Assembly (NCBI GenBank): GCA_937924845.1
Contig: CALDUQ010000042.1
Location: 15,184 to 79,183 of the forward strand
DNA length: 64,000 bases
Source of the DNA: an uncultured Flavobacteriaceae bacterium
GTDB taxonomy: Bacteria > Bacteroidota > Bacteroidia > Flavobacteriales > Flavobacteriaceae
Direction: 5' to 3'
This document shows, piece by piece, positions 57,216 to 64,000 of this stretch. The notes under the pieces were generated by a model that was not told where the DNA came from, did no database searches, and worked only from the letters and a program-made list of their open reading frames with translations. A program made the position numbers and the translations under genes. How positions within the stretch are numbered: position 1 is the stretch's first letter; each line of letters opens with the position of its first letter.

Positions 57216-59402
57216 CTATTTTATAAATAATAGTTCTCGGTATTTTGTTAAAGGCCAAAGCTCATCATCTATCAATAATTCTAATTTGTCGCAATGTTTT
57301 CTGATAATATCAAAAAATGGTTTTACGTCATTAGCATAAAGGTCTGCCTTTTTTGTTAAATCACTTAACTTATTAGCCTTTTTACGGGCGTTAATCATTA
57401 GTGTGATTGTTGTATTGATGGCTTCGACGTGTTGTGATATTTCTTCAATTAGTGATAATTGTGCTGTAGCGTGTATTTTAAAATCATGGTTGTAAATTGA
57501 TTTTAAGCCGTTTACGTTTTTAAGTAAAATGTTTTGATATTTTATGGCTGTGGGTACAACATGGTTTCGAGCAATATCACCCAAAACACGACTTTCAATT
57601 TGTATGTGCTTAACATAGCCTTCAAGTTCAATATCAAAACGTGCTTTGATTTCGGTACTGTTTAAAATACCTAGATTTTCAAAAATTGAAATAGATTCTT
57701 TTTTAAGCTTGATCTTTAAAGCTTGGGGTGTTGTTTTGTTGTGACTAAGGTTTCTCTTTTTTGCTTCCTTTTCCCAATCATTGCTATAACCATTGCCATC
57801 AAAAAGAATTTGTTTTGAGTTTTTAATATATTCTCTTAGTATATTAAAAATGGCATCATCTTTTTTCATGTCTTTGTTGTCAATCAAATTGTCAACTTCT
57901 GTTTTAAAATCAACAAGTTGTTTGGCAACAATAGTGTTTAAAACTGTCATAGAGTTGGCGCAATTTGAGCTTGATCCAACGGCTCTAAACTCAAATTTAT
58001 TTCCTGTAAAGGCAAAAGGAGAGGTTCGGTTTCGGTCAGTGTTGTCAAGTAGTATTTCGGGTATTTTGCCAATCACGTTTAGCTTTAAGTCTGTTTTTTC
58101 TTTCGGCGAAAGCTTACCTTTTGTAACCCCTTCTAGCTCTAGTAATACTTTGTTAAGTTGCTGCCCAATAAACACCGACATTATTGCTGGTGGCGCTTCG
58201 TTAGCGCCTAAGCGGTGGTCATTGCTTGCCGAAGCTATTGAGGCTCTTAAAAGTGCTTCATTGTCTTGTACGGCTTTTATGGTGTTTATAAAAAAGGTTA
58301 AAAATTGAAGGTTGCTCATTGGGGTTTTGCCTGGGCTTAGTAGGTTAATGCCAGTATCGGTGCTTAAACTCCAATTGTTGTGTTTTCCTGAGCCGTTAAC
58401 ATTGGCAAATGGTTTTTCATGAAAAAGAACTGTGAATTGATGGCGTTCGGCAATTTTTTTCATCACATCCATTAAAAGGGCGTTATGGTCTACGGCTAGG
58501 TTGGCTTCTTCAAAAACTGGTGCAATTTCAAATTGATTTGGAGCCACTTCATTATGTCTGGTTTTTAAAGGAATACCTAATAGCATGCATTCGGTTTCCA
58601 AATCGCGCATAAATGCCATAGCTCTATTGGGTATGGTGCCAAAGTAATGGTCGTCTAATTGTTGACCTTTTGCGGACGAATGCCCTAAAAGCGTTCGACC
58701 TGTTAAAATAATATCGGGTCTAGATTTTGCTAAAGCGCTATCAATTAAAAAATACTCTTGCTCTATACCTAAGGACGCATTAACTTTTTTAACCGATTTA
58801 TCAAAATACCGTGCAACTGCAACTGCAGCTTTATCTACAACATGTAATGCTTTTAATAGTGGTGTTTTGTAATCTAAAGCTTCACCTGTGTAGGATACAA
58901 ATACGGTGGGTATACAAAGTGTTGAGCCGTAAATAAAAGCGGGCGAAGTGGGATCCCAAGCCGTATAACCACGAGCCTCAAATGTGTTGCGTAGACCGCC
59001 ATTAGGAAATGAAGACGCGTCAGGTTCTTGCTGGACAAGTTGGTTGCCTTCAAATTTTTCTAGAGCCGTACCGTTATCTAAAATCTCAAAAAAGCTATCA
59101 TGCTTTTCGGCGGTAGCTCCAGTCAATGGCTGAAACCAATGTGTATAATGTGTTACACCTTTGCTAATAGCCCAATTTTTCATGGCTACAGCAATTTGGT
59201 CAGCAATAGTTCTATCTATTTTAGACCCTTTATCAACTGCGTTTTTTAAACTTTCAAAGGCATCTTTGGTTAAAGCTTGTTGCATTATAGTGGTGTTAAA
59301 CACATTTAAGCCAAAAATATCAGACCGTTTATGAGGTTCGTTAATTTTTACAGGAACTCTATTTAGAGTTTCTTCAAGGGCTTTAAATCTTAAAATAGGC
59401 AT
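57216..59402 (-). CDS. glnN: glutamine synthetase type III
   Basis: 728 aa, the GSIII size class. Catalytic-domain motifs ..LGIEQEYFL.., ..RHNEVAPNQFEIAP.. and ..NGSGKHNNWSL. Confidence 0.9.
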   Translation of the reverse strand: MPILRFKALEETLNRVPVKINEPHKRSDIFGLNVFNTTIMQQALTKDAFESLKNAVDKGSKIDRTIADQIAVAMKNWAISKGVTHYTHWFQPLTGATAEKHDSFFEILDNGTALEKFEGNQLVQQEPDASSFPNGGLRNTFEARGYTAWDPTSPAFIYGSTLCIPTVFVSYTGEALDYKTPLLKALHVVDKAAVAVARYFDKSVKKVNASLGIEQEYFLIDSALAKSRPDIILTGRTLLGHSSAKGQQLDDHYFGTIPNRAMAFMRDLETECMLLGIPLKTRHNEVAPNQFEIAPVFEEANLAVDHNALLMDVMKKIAERHQFTVLFHEKPFANVNGSGKHNNWSLSTDTGINLLSPGKTPMSNLQFLTFFINTIKAVQDNEALLRASIASASNDHRLGANEAPPAIMSVFIGQQLNKVLLELEGVTKGKLSPKEKTDLKLNVIGKIPEILLDNTDRNRTSPFAFTGNKFEFRAVGSSSNCANSMTVLNTIVAKQLVDFKTEVDNLIDNKDMKKDDAIFNILREYIKNSKQILFDGNGYSNDWEKEAKKRNLSHNKTTPQALKIKLKKESISIFENLGILNSTEIKARFDIELEGYVKHIQIESRVLGDIARNHVVPTAIKYQNILLKNVNGLKSIYNHDFKIHATAQLSLIEEISQHVEAINTTITLMINARKKANKLSDLTKKADLYANDVKPFFDIIRKHCDKLELLIDDELWPLTKYRELLFIK

Positions 59403-59423
59403 AATTACTAGGTGTTATAATTG

Positions 59424-59431
59424 CAAAAATA
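59424..59431 (-). promoter_or_regulatory. Bacteroidota -7 promoter box (TAnnTTTG) for the GSIII gene
   Basis: The minus strand reads TATTTTTG, 21 nt upstream of the GSIII ATG. A TTTG lies about 22 nt further upstream. Confidence 0.45.
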
Positions 59432-59454
59432 CATTTTTTGTTATGTACCCCATC

Positions 59455-59512
59455 AAAAATAGGGGTTAAATGCAATTAAAGTTAAATTTACAATTAATTA
59501 ACCCCTATTTTT
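59455..59512. repeat. perfect 15-bp inverted repeat with 28-nt spacer in the divergent GS intergenic region
   Basis: AAAAATAGGGGTTAA (59455-59469) is the exact reverse complement of TTAACCCCTATTTTT (59498-59512). Confidence 0.8.
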
Positions 59513-59570
59513 TTACAGTATAAAATAAAAACGTCATATTTGCATTATATTTTGTAAAAATACTTTTGTA

Positions 59571-60584
59571 ATGAGTAAATCTAAATTAGAATACATTTGG
59601 CTTGATGGTTATAAACCAACACAAAACATGAGGAGTAAAACTAAAATTGAAAACAATTTTAGCGGTAAGTTAGAAGATTGTCCAATATGGTCTTTCGACG
59701 GCTCTTCAACACGACAAGCCTCTGGTGGCGCGTCAGATTGTTTGTTAAAACCAGTAGCAATATACCCAGATCCTGCAAGGAATGACGGCTATTTGGTTAT
59801 GACTGAAGTTTTAAATGCCGACGGAACACCTCACGAAACCAATGCAAGAGCAACGATTGAAGATGATGATAATGATTTTTGGTTTGGTTTTGAGCAAGAG
59901 TATTTTATAATGGATAGAGAAACACAATTACCTTTAGGATTTCCTATTGGTGGCTACCCAGGGCCTCAAGGTATGTATTATTGCTCGGTAGGTGGAAGAA
60001 ATACACATGGAAGAGATTTTGTTGAAGAGCATGCTGATTTGTGTATTGCTGCAGGGCTTAATTTTGAAGGTATTAATCAAGAGGTGGCTTCAGGGCAATG
60101 GGAGTACCAATTATTTGCTAAAGGTGCTAAAATTGCTGGTGACGAAATATGGATTTCTAGATATTTACTAGACCGATTAACCGAGCAATACGGCTACTAT
60201 ATTGAATACCACCCAAAACCTGTAAAAGGCGATTGGAATGGCTCAGGAATGCATGCTAATTTTTCAAACTCTGTACTAAGAAATTGTGGTTCTAAAGAAG
60301 TTTACGAAAAAATATGTGAAGCATTTAGGCCAGTTGTTAAAGAGCATATTGCTGTTTATGGCGAGTTTAACGACCAACGTTTAACAGGCTTACATGAAAC
60401 AGCTGCAATTAATGATTTTAGCTATGGTGTTTCTGATAGGGGAGCTTCAATTAGGATTCCGATTATAACTGTAGAAAATGGTTGGAAAGGTTGGTTAGAA
60501 GATAGACGACCAGCATCAAATGGTGATCCTTATAAAATTGCTGCCAGAATTGTTAAAACGGTAACTAACGCTAATATAAGTTAG
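59571..60584 (+). CDS. glnII: glutamine synthetase type II (eukaryote-like, short form)
   Basis: MSKSKLEYIWLDG.. N-terminus, ..FGFEQEYF.., ..EVASGQWEYQ.. and ..NGSGMHANFS.. 337 aa. Confidence 0.88.
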   Translation: MSKSKLEYIWLDGYKPTQNMRSKTKIENNFSGKLEDCPIWSFDGSSTRQASGGASDCLLKPVAIYPDPARNDGYLVMTEVLNADGTPHETNARATIEDDDNDFWFGFEQEYFIMDRETQLPLGFPIGGYPGPQGMYYCSVGGRNTHGRDFVEEHADLCIAAGLNFEGINQEVASGQWEYQLFAKGAKIAGDEIWISRYLLDRLTEQYGYYIEYHPKPVKGDWNGSGMHANFSNSVLRNCGSKEVYEKICEAFRPVVKEHIAVYGEFNDQRLTGLHETAAINDFSYGVSDRGASIRIPIITVENGWKGWLEDRRPASNGDPYKIAARIVKTVTNANIS

Positions 60585-60607
60585 GTTATTTTAAATACGT
60601 TATTTCA

Positions 60608-60648
60608 TAAAAAAAGCTCCGAATTGTAAATTCCGGAGCTTTTTTTTA
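60608..60648. terminator. bidirectional rho-independent terminator
   Basis: A7-AGCTCCG-(12-nt loop)-CGGAGCT-T8, between convergent genes. Confidence 0.7.
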
Positions 60649-60668
60649 TGTGATTAATTGTAAACTTG

Positions 60669-60926
60669 CTAGTTATTTTTTTCTGGGTTTAGTAAAATAG
60701 CATAAACTTGAAGTCCAAAACCAATTAAAACTAATGTTGGTGCAAGCCTAATGCGCCTAAAACTAAAAATACTTTCATCAAATACATTTGGGTCGTTGCT
60801 GCCACCGCCAGCCATTAAAGCAAAGCCTAAAACAATACAAGCTAACCCAATAAACATGAATTTGTAATTTTTTTTACCAAAAACAAAGCTGTTTTTATTT
60901 TCGTTTTTTCGTTTTTGTTCTCCCAT
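60669..60926 (-). CDS. DUF3098 domain-containing small membrane protein
   Basis: ..FVFGKKNYKFMFIGLACIVLGFALMAGGGS..FSFRRIRLAPTLVLIGFGLQVYAIL matches the two-TM DUF3098 pattern. Confidence 0.65.
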   Translation of the reverse strand: MGEQKRKNENKNSFVFGKKNYKFMFIGLACIVLGFALMAGGGSNDPNVFDESIFSFRRIRLAPTLVLIGFGLQVYAILLNPEKNN

Positions 60927-60937
60927 AATAATTTGTA

Positions 60938-61657
60938 TTAATCTTGTAAAGCAAATACTTTTTGTAACACAGTTGTAGTTCTAGAAGATACTTTTGTTCT
61001 AATCTCTTTTTCCTCTACAGCAATCATTTTATAAACACCTTTTAAAGCTTCTTTGCTAACATAGTTAGTTAGGTCGGTATTTACTTTTTTGGTAAAAGGT
61101 ATAGTATTGTATTTAGTAATTAAATTTTCCCATATTTTATCTGCGCCAACTTTTGCAAACGAGTTTTTAACTACAGGTTCAAATTTATTATAAAGTTGAG
61201 TTTCAGTTTTGCTTGTTAAATATGTAGTAGCAGCGTTATCGTTTCCTAATAAAATAGCTTTAGCATCATCAAAAGAAATATCCTTTACTGCAGATACAAA
61301 TATTGGCGTAGCAGTTTTTACTGCATCTTCGGCAGCTCTGTTTAATATTTTTAAGCCTTCATCAGCAAGTTTGCTAAGTCCAATTTTACGTAATGATTTA
61401 TCTACTTTTTGAAGCTCTTCGGGTAATAGTATTTTAACCAATTGGTTGTTAAAAAAACCATCTTTAAGGGTTAATTTACTTACTTGTTTGTCAATACCTT
61501 TGTTAAGTGCCTCTTGCAGGCCAGCAGCAATATTTAATGAGTTTGTGCCTGTACCTTGTGGTAATTGATTAACAACTTGTTGTAATTCGGCGCAGCCAAA
61601 AAAAGTAACCAAAAAGGTAATTGCAAAAATGCGTTTTAATACGTTTGTTTTCATCAT
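60938..61657 (-). CDS. DUF4197 domain-containing exported protein
   Basis: Start at MMKTNVLKRIFAITFLV (signal/lipobox FFGC). ..IAAGLQEALNKGIDKQV..LNRAAEDAV..NDNAATTYL..EEKEIR.. follows the DUF4197 pattern. Confidence 0.65.
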   Translation of the reverse strand: MMKTNVLKRIFAITFLVTFFGCAELQQVVNQLPQGTGTNSLNIAAGLQEALNKGIDKQVSKLTLKDGFFNNQLVKILLPEELQKVDKSLRKIGLSKLADEGLKILNRAAEDAVKTATPIFVSAVKDISFDDAKAILLGNDNAATTYLTSKTETQLYNKFEPVVKNSFAKVGADKIWENLITKYNTIPFTKKVNTDLTNYVSKEALKGVYKMIAVEEKEIRTKVSSRTTTVLQKVFALQD

Positions 61658-61812
61658 AGTTTTAAAATAATGTGTAAAGATAAATGTTTTTAAATACACA
61701 AAAGTGTCTTACAGATATCTAATATGTTTTTTTAAGATAAAAATAACAAACTATAAATCAACATTATATTTATGTATATGACAATACAAATGGTTGTTTT
61801 TTAAAAATAGTT

Positions 61813-61820
61813 TAAATTTG
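61813..61820 (+). promoter_or_regulatory. Bacteroidota -7 promoter box (TAnnTTTG) for icmF
   Basis: TAAATTTG lies 28 nt upstream of the ATG at 61848. Confidence 0.45.
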
Positions 61821-61847
61821 TGTTAGTAAAACAACTTTTTTTTAAGA

Positions 61848-64000
61848 ATGACTCAAGATACACCTTACAAGCCAAAACATAAAGTACGTATAGTTACAGC
61901 AGCATCACTTTTTGATGGGCATGATGCCGCCATAAATATCATGCGCCGAATAATTCAATCAACAGGGGTTGAAGTGATTCATCTTGGGCATGACCGTAGT
62001 GTCGAAGAGGTAGTAAATACAGCCATTCAAGAGGATGCCAATGCTATTGCAATGACGTCTTACCAAGGTGGGCATAATGAGTATTTTAAATACATGTATG
62101 ACCTTTTGAAAGAAAAAGGGGCATCACATATTAAAATTTTTGGCGGCGGGGGCGGTGTAATTTTGCCCGAAGAAATTAAAGACTTAATGGCCTATGGGAT
62201 AACTCGTATATACTCGCCCGATGACGGTAGAGCATTAGGGTTACAAGGCATGATTAACGATTTGGTTAAACAAGCTGATTTTGCAATTGGTGATGTTTTA
62301 AATGTTAATCTTAAGGATTTAGCAAATAAAGCCCCAAAAGCAATTGCAAGAGTTATTTCGTCTGCCGAAAATTTTCCTGAGGTTGCTAAAAATACTTTAC
62401 AAGACATACACACTAAAAATAAAAACTCAAAAACTCCTGTTTTAGGAATTACAGGCACAGGCGGAGCTGGTAAATCATCTTTGGTTGATGAATTGGTACG
62501 TCGTTTTTTAATTGATTTTCCTGATAAAACCATAGGATTAGTATCTGTTGACCCGTCAAAACGAAAAACAGGTGGCGCTTTACTTGGCGACCGTATTAGG
62601 ATGAATGCCATTAATTCGCCTCGCGTTTATATGCGAAGTTTAGCCACGAGACAATCAAACCTTGCGCTTTCAAAATATGTTAATGAAGCGGTTGAGGTTT
62701 TAAAAGCTGCCGAATATGATTTAATTATTTTAGAAACTTCGGGTATCGGACAATCCGACACCGAAATTATTGAACATAGCGACGTGTCTCTATACGTGAT
62801 GACGCCAGAATTTGGTGCCGCAACACAGTTAGAAAAAATTGATATGCTCGATTTTGCTGACCTTGTTGCCATAAATAAATTTGATAAACGAGGCGCTTTA
62901 GATGCCTTACGAGACGTCAAAAAACAATACATGCGTAACAATAATTTATGGGACACCCATCAAGATGATTTACCAGTTTTTGGCACTATTGCTTCGCAGT
63001 TTAACGACCCTGGCATGAATACGCTTTACAAAGCGATAATGGATAAAATTGTAGAAAAAACTGAACTCAAAGCGTTAGAAACTTCTTTTGAAATCTCTAA
63101 AGCAATGAGCGAGAAAATTTTTGTAATTCCGCCAAAGCGAACCAGATATTTATCAGAAATTGCAGAAAACAACCGTGCTTATGATAAAAAAGCAAATGCT
63201 CAAGTTGAAGTGGCTCAAAAATTATACGGTGTGTATAAAACATTAGAGTCGGTTGTAGGTTTAACGCCCAAGCTTGATAAAGCAGGAATTGATAGTACAA
63301 TTTTTGATGCCTTAACGGAAGACAATAAAGATTTTGCAAAATTACTTTTGGCTGAATTTGACCGCGTTAAACTAAACCTCGACCCATATAATTGGGAGGT
63401 TATTACAAGTTGGCAAACAAAAGTAGAGACTTACAAAGCGCCTATTTATACCTTTAAAGTACGCGATAAAGAATTAAAAATAGAAACGCATACCGAATCG
63501 TTATCGCATTCTCAAATTCCGAAGGTAGCCTTACCAAAATACCAAGCTTGGGGCGATATTTTAAAATGGACGTTACAAGAAAACGTTCCTGGTGAATTTC
63601 CGTATACGGCAGGATTATATCCGTTTAAGCGCACAGGAGAAGATCCAACACGAATGTTTGCTGGCGAAGGTGGCCCCGAGCGTACCAATAGGCGTTTTCA
63701 TTATGTTAGTAAAGGTTTGCCTGCTAAACGTTTGTCAACAGCTTTTGATAGTGTCACACTTTACGGAAATGACCCCGACTTTAGACCAGATATTTACGGA
63801 AAAATTGGTAACGCTGGCGTATCTATTTGCTGTTTGGATGATGCTAAAAAACTGTATTCAGGTTTTGATTTAGCACATGCAATGACATCGGTAAGTATGA
63901 CTATAAATGGGCCAGCACCAATGCTACTTGGTTTTTTTATGAATGCTGCAATCGACCAGCAATGCGAAATTTATATTAAAGAAAATAAACTAGAGCAAGA
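61848..64000 (+). CDS. icmF: fused isobutyryl-CoA mutase (B12-binding domain + MeaB-like GTPase + mutase domain), 3' end beyond the window
   Basis: It is absent from the ORF track because it runs off the window. My translation gives [32 protein letters not shown].. (B12 DxHxxG-type loop), a P-loop [17 protein letters not shown] with ..[10 protein letters not shown].. (MeaB-like), then ..[38 protein letters not shown].. (mutase TIM barrel). The minus-strand ORFs at 62192-62956 are shadows of this frame. Confidence 0.88.
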   Translation, partial: MTQDTPYKPKHKVRIVTAASLFDGHDAAINIMRRIIQSTGVEVIHLGHDRSVEEVVNTAIQEDANAIAMTSYQGGHNEYFKYMYDLLKEKGASHIKIFGGGGGVILPEEIKDLMAYGITRIYSPDDGRALGLQGMINDLVKQADFAIGDVLNVNLKDLANKAPKAIARVISSAENFPEVAKNTLQDIHTKNKNSKTPVLGITGTGGAGKSSLVDELVRRFLIDFPDKTIGLVSVDPSKRKTGGALLGDRIRMNAINSPRVYMRSLATRQSNLALSKYVNEAVEVLKAAEYDLIILETSGIGQSDTEIIEHSDVSLYVMTPEFGAATQLEKIDMLDFADLVAINKFDKRGALDALRDVKKQYMRNNNLWDTHQDDLPVFGTIASQFNDPGMNTLYKAIMDKIVEKTELKALETSFEISKAMSEKIFVIPPKRTRYLSEIAENNRAYDKKANAQVEVAQKLYGVYKTLESVVGLTPKLDKAGIDSTIFDALTEDNKDFAKLLLAEFDRVKLNLDPYNWEVITSWQTKVETYKAPIYTFKVRDKELKIETHTESLSHSQIPKVALPKYQAWGDILKWTLQENVPGEFPYTAGLYPFKRTGEDPTRMFAGEGGPERTNRRFHYVSKGLPAKRLSTAFDSVTLYGNDPDFRPDIYGKIGNAGVSICCLDDAKKLYSGFDLAHAMTSVSMTINGPAPMLLGFFMNAAIDQQCEIYIKENKLEQ

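Noticed and set aside
57793-58308. 171-aa plus-strand ORF inside the GSIII gene. Similar long antisense ORFs occur at 22113-22568 (in the MMPL gene), 62192-62956 (in icmF), 41127-41402 (in the bacilliredoxin gene), and 37325-37627, 33324-35015 and 56590-56928.
   Set aside because: All lie opposite strongly supported, motif-bearing genes. They have Ser/Leu/Ile-rich shadow-frame composition and no start context or recognisable motifs, so they are frame shadows rather than overlapping genes.
59561-59568. Perfect TAnnTTTG match (TACTTTTG) directly in front of the GSII start codon.
   Set aside because: It ends 2 nt before the ATG, so a transcript initiated from it would start inside the coding sequence. 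It is unlikely to be the functional -7 box unless the mRNA is leaderless from a downstream start, for which there is no evidence.
1-64000. Scan for CRISPR arrays, cas genes, reverse transcriptase/retron or DGR components, restriction-modification genes, integrases, prophage genes and other known defence-system domains.
   Set aside because: I saw no regularly spaced direct repeats in any spacer or ORF, and none of the translated ORFs carries the relevant catalytic motifs. The only mobile or addiction signatures are ParDE and the IS110 remnant.

Overview
The window looks like a low-GC Bacteroidota chromosome, class Flavobacteriia. Supporting signs are lipoprotein and T9SS-type genes, TAnnTTTG -7 promoter boxes, a GSIII/GSII glutamine synthetase pair, and long-type PurF/PurM. 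It is mostly core housekeeping sequence. I call about 60 CDS, including glnS, folB, rnr, rpiB, asnS, rpoN, a umuC-like polymerase, purF, rnhA, acs, phnA, ftsE, gpsA, lepA, ssb, purM, GSIII, GSII and a 3'-truncated icmF. There is also one tRNA-Cys(GCA), a set of clear rho-independent, mostly bidirectional terminators, and a few -7 boxes. Two stretches look accessory. One is a block of exported and membrane hypotheticals plus a decayed ORF at about 11.8-14.1 kb. The other is a roughly 2 kb mini-island at 53.0-55.2 kb holding a tail-less SSB, a ParD/ParE toxin-antitoxin pair, an IS110-family transposase remnant and an orphan lipoprotein. I found no CRISPR array, cas gene, reverse transcriptase, integrase, restriction-modification gene or recognisable defence-system domain. 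I cannot honestly point to a convincing novel multi-gene system. The best second-look items are small-scale. They are a perfect 15-bp inverted repeat with an alternative pairing partner between the divergent glutamine synthetase genes, a small ORF split by an A10 tract upstream of the DjlA-like gene, a frame-broken Ser/Gly-tailed mini-gene downstream of glnS, a roughly 117-aa basic/helical C-terminal appendage on GlnRS, and an AraC regulator with two complete DNA-binding domains. All product calls come from reading the translations by eye, not from a database search.
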